From Candidatus Poribacteria bacterium (GTDB lineage: Bacteria; Poribacteria; WGA-4E; WGA-3G), in NCBI GenBank assembly GCA_965261115.1, contig OZ253447.1, positions 3,402,011 through 3,466,010 of the forward strand: DNA of 64,000 bases. The letters run 5' to 3'. Shown one piece after another: positions 9,003 to 18,577 of this stretch. A program made the translations under genes and the position numbers. The notes under the pieces were generated by a model, which was given only the letters and a program-made list of their open reading frames with translations, made no database searches and was not told the DNA's origin. Positions within the stretch are counted from its first letter, which is position 1. Each line of letters begins with the position of its first letter.

Positions 9003-10139
9003 TTACAGCATCGCAATGACTGACGCGATATCACGTAAAAACTGGTGCTGTTTGACAAGTGTTGTTCCGAATTGGAGTGCTGCCTTTTCTACGCTTAATT
9101 TCCGAGAAAGATCAACAATACCTTCTATATCTTTGACGTGTGCGGCACCGATGAGACGGCGTAGCATTTCCAGTCCGGCAAATCCGATAGCATCTCGGAA
9201 GATGTTTTGTAATGTCTGCGCTTTCAATTCGCTATCAACTAATTTGAATTCAACCGTATAAGTCTGCCATGTTTGCACAATCGCTGTTTTAAGTGCGGAT
9301 TGCACATGTGAAGTCCCTTGATGCGAAAAAAAGGACAAGAGATAGTTTGCCCAATATAATCCGAGGTCAAATCCTACGGGACCATAAAAGGCAAATTCGG
9401 CATCAATAACTTTGGCTGTGTTGTCTTGGACGAGAACACTGCCTGTATGTAGGTCACCGTGGGTTACGCCTTGCTGTGCCGTTAGAAAAATGTGCTTGAG
9501 ATGCGCCGCTTGCTGCAAAAAGTCGGTATCCGCTTTTAACTGCCGGACATCGGGTTCTAATCCGGAGGTACAGAAGTTTGTCTCATGCTCGGTAAACGGG
9601 AAGGTGAACACATAATCGGCGGTTATCGACTGCATAGTCGTGTTCGCAAATTGCTGGCTATAGTGTTGGGCAGTCGCTTTTGGAACGTTATCAACATAGG
9701 TTTGACTATGTACGATACCCATAAACCGCCCAACCTGTTCAGCGATAGAGGGGTCTACTTTGCCAGCAATCAGATCATCCCGTAGCACGCTTGCATCTCG
9801 GAGGTCCTCCATCGCTATGACTGACATCGCCGCATCAAAATCGTATTGTGCAGGCACGGTACCGCTTACCAATTGATTGTAAATCTCAAGGGCACGAGAT
9901 TCATAAGTCAAGCGTTCCGTGGACAGCGGATAATCGGGACCCAATATCTTAATGTACGGCGGGGCATGCTTCAAGACAAGCGAACGCTCTGGATGTGCCG
10001 CATCCAAGACACGATACACCGTATTGAGGTTCCCATCGCCAATTTCTTCTATACGGAGGGGAACCTCCGGCTCAAATATACGGATTTTTTCGTGTCGTTG
10101 ATGCAGGTAGTCCGGCAGCGTGGCAAGATTGAGTTCCAT
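9003..10139 (-). CDS. mtnK: S-methyl-5-thioribose kinase
   Basis: EIGDGNLNTVYRV motif characteristic of MtnK. APH-like kinase fold motifs (HGDLHTGSV, DAEFA). Confidence 0.8.
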   Translation of the reverse strand: MELNLATLPDYLHQRHEKIRIFEPEVPLRIEEIGDGNLNTVYRVLDAAHPERSLVLKHAPPYIKILGPDYPLSTERLTYESRALEIYNQLVSGTVPAQYDFDAAMSVIAMEDLRDASVLRDDLIAGKVDPSIAEQVGRFMGIVHSQTYVDNVPKATAQHYSQQFANTTMQSITADYVFTFPFTEHETNFCTSGLEPDVRQLKADTDFLQQAAHLKHIFLTAQQGVTHGDLHTGSVLVQDNTAKVIDAEFAFYGPVGFDLGLYWANYLLSFFSHQGTSHVQSALKTAIVQTWQTYTVEFKLVDSELKAQTLQNIFRDAIGFAGLEMLRRLIGAAHVKDIEGIVDLSRKLSVEKAALQFGTTLVKQHQFLRDIASVIAML

Positions 10140-10154
10140 ATATCGTTAGCAGCG

Positions 10155-11153
10155 TTACAGCAGGTTTTCGGCTATCTGGATAGCATTCAAGGCAGCACCT
10201 TTGCGGAGATTATCCGCGACGACCCAGAGATTCAAACCGTTTTCTATGGACGCATCATCTCGAATCCGACCTACGTAAACATCATCTTTACCAGCGACAT
10301 CGACAGCGAGCGGATACTGCTGATTGCTCGGATCGTCCACAAGCGTTACACCCGGTGCATCAGCGAGGCACTCTCTGGCTTCTGCTGCGGTGAGTTTCTT
10401 GTGGGTTTCAACGTTTATTGATTCGGAATGCGCGAAAAAGACAGGAACTCGAACGGTTGTCGCGGAAACTCCGATTGTATCGTCGTTGAGTATTTTCCGC
10501 GTCTCATTGATCATTTTGACTTCTTCTTCGTTGTCGCCACTGTCTAAGAAGGGCCAATCAAATGCGACATTGAACGCCATCTGGTGTGGGAATTTATCCA
10601 AGGTGATCGGTTTGCCTTCGAGGGCTTCGGTTGTTTGTTGGACGAGTTCCAAGACAGCCCGTCCACTCTTACCAGAGACACTCTGATAGGTGGAAACAAC
10701 GATCCGTTTGATGCCAGCTGTATCGTAAATTGGTTTAAGTGCCACCATCATTTGGATAGTGGAGCAATTCGGATTAGCGATGAGCCCATTGTGGGTACGT
10801 GCGGCATCCATATTGACTTCTGGAACAACTAAGGGTGTGTTCGCGTCCATACGGAATGCACTGGTATTGTCAATGACAAGTGCCCCTTTTTCTACAGCTG
10901 TGGGGATGAATTCGCGGCTGACGGATGCACCCGCTGATGAAAACACAACATCCACATCTTCAAAGGAGTCGTGTGTTAATTCCTCAACGACAACGGGATC
11001 ATTTTTAAACGACAGGATTTCACCAGCAGAGCGGTGCGATGCCAGAAGTTTCAAGGAAGCAACAGGAAACGATCGCTCTTCGAGAAGTTGCAACATAGTA
11101 TTTCCAACAGCACCGGTCGCGCCGACAACCGCTACACGATAACTCTCACGCAT
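10155..11153 (-). CDS. asd: aspartate-semialdehyde dehydrogenase
   Basis: VAVVGATGAVG Rossmann motif. Catalytic NCSTIQMM. Overall ASD architecture. Confidence 0.9.
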   Translation of the reverse strand: MRESYRVAVVGATGAVGNTMLQLLEERSFPVASLKLLASHRSAGEILSFKNDPVVVEELTHDSFEDVDVVFSSAGASVSREFIPTAVEKGALVIDNTSAFRMDANTPLVVPEVNMDAARTHNGLIANPNCSTIQMMVALKPIYDTAGIKRIVVSTYQSVSGKSGRAVLELVQQTTEALEGKPITLDKFPHQMAFNVAFDWPFLDSGDNEEEVKMINETRKILNDDTIGVSATTVRVPVFFAHSESINVETHKKLTAAEARECLADAPGVTLVDDPSNQQYPLAVDVAGKDDVYVGRIRDDASIENGLNLWVVADNLRKGAALNAIQIAENLL

Positions 11154-11303
11154 TTCTGATATTTTCCTCTATTCTGCTATTCAAGCAGAATTGTTTCTAA
11201 GATTTAATTTATAATTTTACCACAAACATACCCTTTAAAGCAAATATTTCGGTGGAGCCCGACATTATGTAAGGAAAAAGTCACTATTTTGCAAGAAAAA
11301 ACT

Positions 11304-11332
11304 TGACAAATTGCGTGATCTATGGTATTAAT
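11304..11332 (+). promoter_or_regulatory. sigma70-like promoter (TTGACA-17-TATTAA)
   Basis: TTGACA at 11304-11309, 17-nt spacer, TATTAA at 11327-11332. No obvious protein gene downstream for about 650 bp. Confidence 0.35.
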
Positions 11333-11844
11333 TTTAAACGCCCTTCTGTCAAATCTCCATGCTTCAGTTTGCGGGATGTAGACGACATAGGGGTTGATAG
11401 TCCAAATAACCTAAACTGTTTTCAAAACAAATCGTCGGTTGTGATTGATGTGTTGTCGGAACGCTCGTCAATTGAGACGATCACGTAAAAGCCCGCACAC
11501 CTCTTCGGGCATCCGTTGCATGTATAGGGTAGCAGGTGTAAAAACGGCACCCCTTGATAAATCACATGTTGCATAAGATCAAGCACTTCGGGACATAGCT
11601 GGCTTGGCAGCTATTGTGGAGCGACACTAAGACGGTGGACTCTCAGAGAAAACCGCATGCCTCGCAATGAGAGTATGAAGCACAAGTCCTAACCTTCAGG
11701 TTGTGGGTGCCTTGACAAAATAGACGTATTATGTCAGGGAACCTTTATTGGATATACTTCTGTTTCTGGTAGAGCAGTGTAGGTTGAACTGATGCCTATA
11801 TTTAATAATTTTAGGCTAATTTTTTAGTATGAGTCAGATTTTTC

Positions 11845-11873
11845 TTGACATATCTATATCTGTGTAGTATAAT
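11845..11873 (+). promoter_or_regulatory. consensus sigma70 promoter (TTGACA-17-TATAAT) upstream of HU gene
   Basis: TTGACA 11845-11850, 17-nt spacer, TATAAT 11868-11873. About 120 nt upstream of the HU start. Confidence 0.55.
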
Positions 11874-11995
11874 ATAATTACTATTAGTTTTTTGTTAAAT
11901 CCATTTTATGTCTGAGGTTAGGGACTGCAATTTCCAGATTGCCGAGAAAAAGCGGTATTTTCTTACTCAGACAAAAAATTAGAGGAACATTTGAC

Positions 11996-12283
11996 ATGGC
12001 AAAATTAATGAAGAACGATGTCGTCAGCAGTATCGTTGATGCAACAGACCTCAGCAAGAAAGAGGCGAACGCCGCTGTTGACGCTTTTGCTGCGACTATT
12101 TGCGAAGCTTTGAGTAACGGCGACTCCGTTGGTTTAATCGGTTTTGGAACGTTTGAAGCCAAACTCCGTCCTGCCCGTACAGGGCGCAACCCGCAGACTG
12201 GCGATCCGATTGACATTCCGGAGAAAACGGTTCCTGTTTTCAAAGCTGGCAAGAAACTTCGCGATGCCGCCGCCTCGGATTAG
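11996..12283 (+). CDS. hup: DNA-binding protein HU
   Basis: MAKLMKNDVVSS..GFGTFEAKLRPARTGRNPQTGDPIDIPEKTVPVFKAGKKL is the classic HU/IHF fold sequence. Start chosen at the internal ATG that has an AGAGGA RBS. Confidence 0.9.
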   Translation: MAKLMKNDVVSSIVDATDLSKKEANAAVDAFAATICEALSNGDSVGLIGFGTFEAKLRPARTGRNPQTGDPIDIPEKTVPVFKAGKKLRDAAASD

Positions 12284-12305
12284 CGGTTATTTCGCTCAGT
12301 TTCTC

Positions 12306-12360
12306 GGAAAAGCCGCGAGGCTATGTCTCGTTTTGAATCGGGGGTAGCTGCGGCTTTTCC
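12306..12360 (+). terminator. long inverted repeat downstream of HU (GAAAAGCCGC ... GCGGCTTTTC), terminator-like
   Basis: 10-bp perfect inverted repeat arms at 12307-12316 and 12350-12359 with an internal small hairpin. No clear U-tract. Confidence 0.3.
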
Positions 12361-12655
12361 ACATTTACACCTACTCATTAGGGTGTGCTGGTGCTGACAA
12401 TTCGGTGCGTATTGTCTATTATAATTATATCATACACGCACAGAAGGATCGTATTTTGCATGAGGCGCAATCCATGCTCTAATATGCGTGCGATCCGATA
12501 TTATCCTCGCCATCGGTTCGGTGGAGAGGTAAAACGCCTGCGGAGTCCGCGCGAGACCCTGCACGCGGGGGCAGTGGACGATGAAACAGGAACACTAAAA
12601 CAAGATATGTCCACTTTTATAGAGATGTATCAAGTTTTGAAGGAACAGACGCGTC

Positions 12656-13714
12656 ATGTTAATCCGCACGAGAGCCCCAGTCCGCATCGATTTTGCTGGT
12701 GGGTGGAGTGATGTTGCCCTCTTCACCGAAGATTCGAAGGGTCTCGTCGTTAATGGGGCTATTAACCGATACGCTTATGCAACGCTCCGCTGTGAACGCC
12801 AGATCGCACAAGATAAATCCGTTGAACTGCAACGGATTTTGGATAAAAGCATACGTATCTACTCTGCGGATTTCGACACCTTTATTGAAGCAGACGATGT
12901 ACGTCAACTCGAATATGACGGGAACATTGACTTGGTAAAGGCGGCTGTGCGGCAAATGTCGATACAGATTGGCGGGTTCGACCTGATTACGCAGTCCACC
13001 GCACCGCCAGGTAGCGGATTAGGGACTTCGGCATCAATGGGTGTAGCACTTGTCGGTGCGCTTGGCACGCTTAAGGACGCTACCTATCTTCCATACGAGT
13101 ATGCTGAACTCGCGAGTACTATTGAACGTCATGAACTCGGAATACTCGGCGGAAAACAGGACCATTACGCAAGCGCAATCGGTGGCATCCACTTTATGGA
13201 ATTTCAGGGAGAAGAGGTGAAAACTTCACCCTTGAGATTTCCACCACACATCCGCTATGAACTTGAAAAGAACCTTGTCCTCTGTTACACAGGAAAGTCC
13301 CGTCTCTCTGGCAATATACATCAAAATGTTACCGATGCCTATAAAAGTGGTCAACCGAGTGTTCGTGAAGCATTAGAATCCCTCAAAGCGACCGCCGAAG
13401 CAACAAAAACCGCGTTGATGCGTGGCCGTCTGACTGAATTCGGTGAACTCCTCACCCAAAATTGGCATAATCAGAAAAAGTTGCATCCCTCTGTTACAAA
13501 TGAGCAGATCGAATCGCTCTTTAAAATCGCAACGGCTCATGGCGCGATTGGCGGGAAAGCTTGTGGCGCAGGCGGCGGCGGATGTCTCCTGTTTTACTGC
13601 GAACCGACACGCGAACACAACGTCCGCCAAAAACTCGAAGACGCAGGGGCTCACGTTATTGATGTCAACTTCGATTTTGATGGACTTCAAATGTGGAAAA
13701 TTTCAAACGATTAA
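12656..13714 (+). CDS. GHMP-family sugar kinase (heptose-7-phosphate kinase / fucokinase-like)
   Basis: N-terminal RAPVRIDFAGGWSDV. GHMP ATP-binding PPGSGLGTSASMGVALVGAL motif. Confidence 0.8.
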   Translation: MLIRTRAPVRIDFAGGWSDVALFTEDSKGLVVNGAINRYAYATLRCERQIAQDKSVELQRILDKSIRIYSADFDTFIEADDVRQLEYDGNIDLVKAAVRQMSIQIGGFDLITQSTAPPGSGLGTSASMGVALVGALGTLKDATYLPYEYAELASTIERHELGILGGKQDHYASAIGGIHFMEFQGEEVKTSPLRFPPHIRYELEKNLVLCYTGKSRLSGNIHQNVTDAYKSGQPSVREALESLKATAEATKTALMRGRLTEFGELLTQNWHNQKKLHPSVTNEQIESLFKIATAHGAIGGKACGAGGGGCLLFYCEPTREHNVRQKLEDAGAHVIDVNFDFDGLQMWKISND

Positions 13715-13722
13715 AGTAAAAT

Positions 13723-14742
13723 ATGGAAAATAATACGCAAACCCCGGAAGTCATCACTGATATGGAAGCCGCTGAAACTCTGAAAACGGCAAGAGAAAAT
13801 ATTTTAGGAGAACTCAAAAAGCGCATCATCGGGCAAAACGAGGTAATAGAACAACTCCTCATTGCCCTTTTCTCACAGGGACACTGCTTACTGGTGGGTG
13901 TGCCTGGGTTAGCGAAAACACTACTAATTAGCACGTTTGCGCAGATCCTCGAACTCCCTTTCAACCGCATTCAATTTACACCAGACCTAATGCCATCTGA
14001 CATCATCGGTACTGACATTATTGAAGAAGGCGAGGCTGGAAAACGCGCCTTTCGATTTATCAAGGGACCGGTCTTCGCGAATATTGTTCTCGCCGATGAG
14101 ATCAATCGAACACCGCCTAAAACACAAGCCGCACTTTTACAAGCCATGCAGGAATATAAGGTCACGGCAGGCGGTAGAACTTATGCATTGGAACGTCCTT
14201 TTTTTGTCTTAGCGACACAGAATCCCATTGAGCAGGAGGGGACATATCCGCTACCTGAAGCACAACTCGACCGGTTTATGTTCCACATCACAATTGATTA
14301 TCCCGATAAAGATGCCGAAAAAGAGATCGTGATGACGACCACCGCGGCTTATGAACCGGAGATAAAAGCCGTTATCACAGGCGAAGAGGTGCTACAAATA
14401 CAACAGACAGTCCGGAAAGTTCCTATTGCAGAGGCGATTGTAGACTATGCCGTGGAATTGAACCGACAGACACGTCCTACAACCGATGCGCTTGATTTTA
14501 TCCAAGATTGGGTACAATGGGGCGCCGGCCCCAGAGCATCACAGTATCTTGTGCTCGGCGCAAAGGCACGTGCGATTCTCCACGGACGCTATCATGTCTC
14601 ATACGAAGATATCAAGGCGGTCGCTATACCGGTACTACGGCACCGGATTTTGACCAATTTCAATGCGGAAGCCGACGGTATCACCAGTTTGGATATTATC
14701 AGTAGATTGTTGGAAAGGGTTGAACCGCCTGCGGTGCAATAA
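13723..14742 (+). CDS. MoxR-family AAA+ ATPase
   Basis: IIGQNEVIEQLLIALFSQGHCLLVGVPGLAKT Walker A region. MoxR-type C-terminal region. The gene follows the GHMP kinase by 9 nt. Confidence 0.9.
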   Translation: MENNTQTPEVITDMEAAETLKTARENILGELKKRIIGQNEVIEQLLIALFSQGHCLLVGVPGLAKTLLISTFAQILELPFNRIQFTPDLMPSDIIGTDIIEEGEAGKRAFRFIKGPVFANIVLADEINRTPPKTQAALLQAMQEYKVTAGGRTYALERPFFVLATQNPIEQEGTYPLPEAQLDRFMFHITIDYPDKDAEKEIVMTTTAAYEPEIKAVITGEEVLQIQQTVRKVPIAEAIVDYAVELNRQTRPTTDALDFIQDWVQWGAGPRASQYLVLGAKARAILHGRYHVSYEDIKAVAIPVLRHRILTNFNAEADGITSLDIISRLLERVEPPAVQ

Positions 14743-14759
14743 ACACAGTCATCCAACCG

Positions 14760-14784
14760 CAGGCGAGGTTTGAAACCTCGCCTG
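14760..14784 (+). terminator. perfect 10-bp stem / 5-nt loop hairpin (CAGGCGAGGT-TTGAA-ACCTCGCCTG) after MoxR stop
   Basis: Seen directly in the sequence. No U-tract follows, so its function as an intrinsic terminator is uncertain. Confidence 0.35.
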
Positions 14785-14803
14785 GTGAACCCTCAGCCAC
14801 TCA

Positions 14804-15046
14804 ATGGACAAGGGGTGTATAAAAACAATGCGTGCAATTGACACCTTTAAAGTGGATAAGGAAGAGTTCTCTGTACTCTCCTCTTTTGAAGAAGCCGATG
14901 CAGCTGACAAAGCATATTGGCATTCTAAAACGCCGCAAGAACGCATGGCAGCCCTCGAATTGATGCGGCAGATTAATTATGGCTACGATCCAACTACCGA
15001 ACGACTTCAAAGAGTTCTTGAAGTTGCTGAATTCACACCGAGTTGA
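14804..15046 (+). CDS. small hypothetical protein
   Basis: 80-aa ORF between MoxR and ugd on the same strand. No family recognised. Confidence 0.35.
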   Translation: MDKGCIKTMRAIDTFKVDKEEFSVLSSFEEADAADKAYWHSKTPQERMAALELMRQINYGYDPTTERLQRVLEVAEFTPS

Positions 15047-15143
15047 GTATCTTCTCATTTGAAACTTAAATCCTGAAAGTGAACCACGGAAGGAGTATGG
15101 CTCGTTTTCCCTTGTTTTAAGACTTGGTGTTCGCGGGCCATTT

Positions 15144-16523
15144 TTGATGAAAATCGCAATTATAGGGACAGGATACGTCGGTTTAACCACAGCGGTGGTA
15201 CTCTCTTATCTCAACCACGATGTCGCCGCAGTGGATAAAGATGAGAGCAAATTAGACCTTTTGCACGAAGGGAAAAGCCCGATCCATGAACCCGGCATCC
15301 AGAACCTCCTTGATGAAGTTTGGCACACGATCCGTTTCACACCCAGCGTGGCTGAAGTCGTCCCAGAAGCAGAATTAATTCTGATTGCTGTCGGAACTCC
15401 ACCGAAGCAGAACGGTGAAGCAGATACGCGACATGTTGAACAAGCCGCGAGGGAAGTTGCACAGGTCTGCCTGCCCGATAGACATTACACGCTCGTTGTC
15501 AAATCCACGGTTCCAATAGGCACGAACCAGCGTGTTGTTGAAGTTGTGGAAGATGTCTTTTCGGCGCGTGGAATTCGCGGGAACATCTCCGTTGCTTCAA
15601 ATCCTGAGTTCTTGCAGGAGGGATTGGCACTACAAGGTGCATTCTACCCCGATCGGATTGTCGTCGGTGCAAACAGTGATGAAGCGATTGATACATTACG
15701 CCGTCTCTATCAACCGATCCTCGAACAGACATTTGACCCGCCAAGCGAGTTTCCACGTCCGTCCGCTTACCATCTACCCCCAATGATGACAACGGATCCG
15801 AACAGTGCTGAGATGATTAAATACGCAGCAAACACCTTTCTCGCGCTTAAGATCAGTTTTATTAATGAAATTGCTGGACTTTGTGAGGAAGTTGATGCAG
15901 ACGTGACAGAAGTCGCACGCGGGATTGGGCTTGACGCGCGTATCGGACCCCAATTTCTCCGTGCGGGCCTCGGCTGGGGTGGCAGCTGCTATCCTAAAGA
16001 CACTGCGGCACTGTTAGGCGTCGCAGCGCAATCAGGATACAAGATGCCGATCACGGAAGCCGCACGGACCGTTAACTTCCGTCAACGCGAACGTATCGTT
16101 GAAAAGTTACGAGATACATTGGGGAGGCTCAAAGGCAAAAGCATCGGTATCCTGGGGCTTGCCTTCAAGCCAAACACAGATGATGTTCGCGAAGCACCAG
16201 CACTCGACATTATCCGAGAATTGCTTGCCGAGGGTGCCGTTGTCCGCGCACACGATCCGATTGCGATTGCAAACGCACGTCGTGCTTTAAATGAAACGCA
16301 CGAAATTGACAACAGACTGCACTTTATCGAAGATGTATACGAACTTTCGTACGACACAGACGCATTGGTGCTTGTCACCGAATGGGAACCCTATCACAAA
16401 CTCGAACTCCGTAGACTCGCCAAACAGATGAAAACCCCTATTCTTATTGACGGTCGTAACGTCTATTCGCCAGAAGAAGCGAGAATCGCCGGTTTTCATT
16501 ACATCGGGGTCGGCAGAGTGTAA
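15144..16523 (+). CDS. UDP-glucose/GDP-mannose dehydrogenase family (likely UDP-glucose 6-dehydrogenase)
   Basis: MKIAIIGTGYVGL NAD-binding motif. Catalytic GGSCYPKD motif. Confidence 0.9.
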   Translation: MMKIAIIGTGYVGLTTAVVLSYLNHDVAAVDKDESKLDLLHEGKSPIHEPGIQNLLDEVWHTIRFTPSVAEVVPEAELILIAVGTPPKQNGEADTRHVEQAAREVAQVCLPDRHYTLVVKSTVPIGTNQRVVEVVEDVFSARGIRGNISVASNPEFLQEGLALQGAFYPDRIVVGANSDEAIDTLRRLYQPILEQTFDPPSEFPRPSAYHLPPMMTTDPNSAEMIKYAANTFLALKISFINEIAGLCEEVDADVTEVARGIGLDARIGPQFLRAGLGWGGSCYPKDTAALLGVAAQSGYKMPITEAARTVNFRQRERIVEKLRDTLGRLKGKSIGILGLAFKPNTDDVREAPALDIIRELLAEGAVVRAHDPIAIANARRALNETHEIDNRLHFIEDVYELSYDTDALVLVTEWEPYHKLELRRLAKQMKTPILIDGRNVYSPEEARIAGFHYIGVGRV

Positions 16524-16535
16524 CCCGTTAACAAT

Positions 16536-17105
16536 ATGGACACTTTTAAACAACCCAAACCCTTTGATGTAAAATGGCAACGATATTTGACACAAAAGCC
16601 GTTTCCACCGTACCGCCATATACCGGGTGTTACGCCGCATCCGATTCGTGACCCGCTCGGACACAGTTACGGGATGGAAGAGACACACGATGCCGAACCG
16701 CTGCCCCCGGAACTCTGGCGACAAAACGAGGATTATCTCTACGGTGTGGATCTCTACAATTTCGCTTATTGGTGGGAGGCACATGAGGCGTGGGAAGGGT
16801 TGTGGCATCAAGCAGAAGATACGTACCGCCTCTTTCTCCAAGGATTAATTCAGGTGTCAGCATCCCTTATCAAGTATCACATGCGAATGCTACGTCCACT
16901 GCGTACGCTTTCCACCGCCGGACGCGATAAATTACGGCAGGTTGTGGCTGAATGCGAGGATACAGATGGGAATTACATGGGGCTGAATCTACCAGCCTTT
17001 TTGAGTGCTGCTGATACATTTTTTGCCCCTTTTTTTGCCGACGTGGTTCCAGAGAGCACCTATTGTGAAGTATCAGTTAAACCACTAATACTGCTGGAAA
17101 ATTGA
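16536..17105 (+). CDS. DUF309 domain protein
   Basis: YNFAYWWEAHEAWEGLW matches the DUF309 signature (..EAHE.wE.lW). Confidence 0.7.
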   Translation: MDTFKQPKPFDVKWQRYLTQKPFPPYRHIPGVTPHPIRDPLGHSYGMEETHDAEPLPPELWRQNEDYLYGVDLYNFAYWWEAHEAWEGLWHQAEDTYRLFLQGLIQVSASLIKYHMRMLRPLRTLSTAGRDKLRQVVAECEDTDGNYMGLNLPAFLSAADTFFAPFFADVVPESTYCEVSVKPLILLEN

Positions 17106-17141
17106 CGTAGATTATCGCCTATCTATTTTGAGGAAAGCAAC

Positions 17142-17432
17142 ATGCCAGCATTCCTGCCTTTTCTCATCTTTAGTTGTGTATGTGTTTTCATTATAGTGCT
17201 GTTGTTTGTCCTGTTTAAGATAGGCGCGTATTTTGGCAGAAGCGATGTTGATGAATTTCGAGCTGTTCGGTGTCCGCAATGTCAAACCCGACGGAAACCC
17301 GAAAAAACAGGCAAAATTAGAAATCTCGTCGAACTCGAATTACGTTGTCCGCGTTGCGGGTACATCTCATGGGATATACCGCCGAAAACAAACCTATCTA
17401 CACGTCCCACTGACCGCAATAACATGCCATAA
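17142..17432 (+). CDS. small membrane protein with C-terminal zinc-ribbon (CPQC..CPRC)
   Basis: N-terminal hydrophobic helix and two CxxC pairs. No family assigned. Confidence 0.45.
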   Translation: MPAFLPFLIFSCVCVFIIVLLFVLFKIGAYFGRSDVDEFRAVRCPQCQTRRKPEKTGKIRNLVELELRCPRCGYISWDIPPKTNLSTRPTDRNNMP

Positions 17433-17439
17433 GAATTCA

Positions 17440-18564
17440 TCAAAAATCAGCAAAAGCCCCGTCGTCCGAATGCCAGAACATCCCACGCAACCGAAAGGTC
17501 TCATCTCGCACGGATTCGATAGCAGCGTCGTCCATATCCACACCGAGTCCGGGAGCCGTCGGCAGTTCGATAAACCCGTCTTTGAATACCAGCGGCGTTG
17601 AAAATAGTCCTTCGCCTCGTCGGTGTCCACCCTCGCAGATTAGCAAGTTCGGCACAGTTGCCATGACATGTACCGATGCTGCGACCCCGATGGGACCCGC
17701 AGCGTTGTGCGGTGCGATTGCCATATTGTGGATTTCCGCCATCGCCGAAATCTTTTTCAGTTCCAATATCCCGCCGCAGTGTCGGATGTCCGGTTGTAAA
17801 ATCGCGCACATCTCACGCTCAATTATCTCTCGGAACCCCCATCGTGTCAAATGCCGTTCACCCGTCGCGATCGGCACCGTCGTTGATTGAGATAAAGTCA
17901 GCAGGGGTTCGTTGTTTTCCGGATGGCACGGCTCTTCGGCAAACAGGAGTCGGAACGGTTCTAATGCTTTCACGAGGATTACCGCCATCGTCGGACTTAA
18001 TCGCCGGTGCAAATCAACCGCAATATCTATCTCGTCCCCAACTGCTTCGCGTACTGCTGCGACGCGTGCCACCATTGCCTCAATTACCTTCGGTGTGTCC
18101 ACAAATCGCACAGGTTGCGGTGAGGCTCCCATTTTCACTGCACGGAATCCCGCTGCGACCGCTTTTTTAGCACTCCCCGCACACTCGTCAGGCGTTGTGC
18201 CGCCTATCCCTGTATAGACGCGAATCCGGTTTCGCACCGAACCGCCCAGCAACTTCCAGACGGGTAGACCGACAACTTTACCGAATACATCCCACATTGC
18301 CATCTCAATGCCGCTTAGGGCACCCACCAACACAGGCATACTCCGGCTATAACTTGACCTGTACATCGCCTGCCAGTGGTCTTCAATCTGTAGCGGGTCT
18401 TTGCCGACCAAATATTCCGCCATGTCATCCACGGCTTGGGCAACGACACGCCAATGCTCGTAGTTCATCGGTTCGCCGTAGCCGATAATCCCTTCGTCGG
18501 TGAACATTTTTAGGACCATTGCGCGTCCTTGGATGGGTATCGTCTCGAATCCAGTAATTTTCAT
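17440..18564 (-). CDS. enolase-superfamily mandelate racemase/muconate lactonizing enzyme (sugar-acid dehydratase-like)
   Basis: MKITGFETIP..GYGE..KDP..IE..W N-terminal capping domain and a barrel domain. Start at the internal ATG 18564, which has an AGGA RBS and avoids overlap with the upstream gene. Confidence 0.85.
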   Translation of the reverse strand: MKITGFETIPIQGRAMVLKMFTDEGIIGYGEPMNYEHWRVVAQAVDDMAEYLVGKDPLQIEDHWQAMYRSSYSRSMPVLVGALSGIEMAMWDVFGKVVGLPVWKLLGGSVRNRIRVYTGIGGTTPDECAGSAKKAVAAGFRAVKMGASPQPVRFVDTPKVIEAMVARVAAVREAVGDEIDIAVDLHRRLSPTMAVILVKALEPFRLLFAEEPCHPENNEPLLTLSQSTTVPIATGERHLTRWGFREIIEREMCAILQPDIRHCGGILELKKISAMAEIHNMAIAPHNAAGPIGVAASVHVMATVPNLLICEGGHRRGEGLFSTPLVFKDGFIELPTAPGLGVDMDDAAIESVRDETFRLRGMFWHSDDGAFADF

Positions 18565-18577
18565 AGTGTTTTGTGTC

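Noticed and set aside
11500-11760. Checked the long noncoding stretch for RNase P, tmRNA, SRP or 6S RNA signatures
   Set aside because: No GGAAAGUCCGG (RNase P P4), no tmRNA tag-reading frame or 3' tRNA-like end, and no SRP GGAA tetraloop helix were recognisable by eye. It is left as an unclassified candidate sRNA region rather than a called RNA gene.
12385-12711. 108-aa ORF between HU and the GHMP kinase
   Set aside because: Composition is not protein-like (RR/CC-rich). It overlaps the kinase start and there is no RBS. It is treated as noncoding leader.
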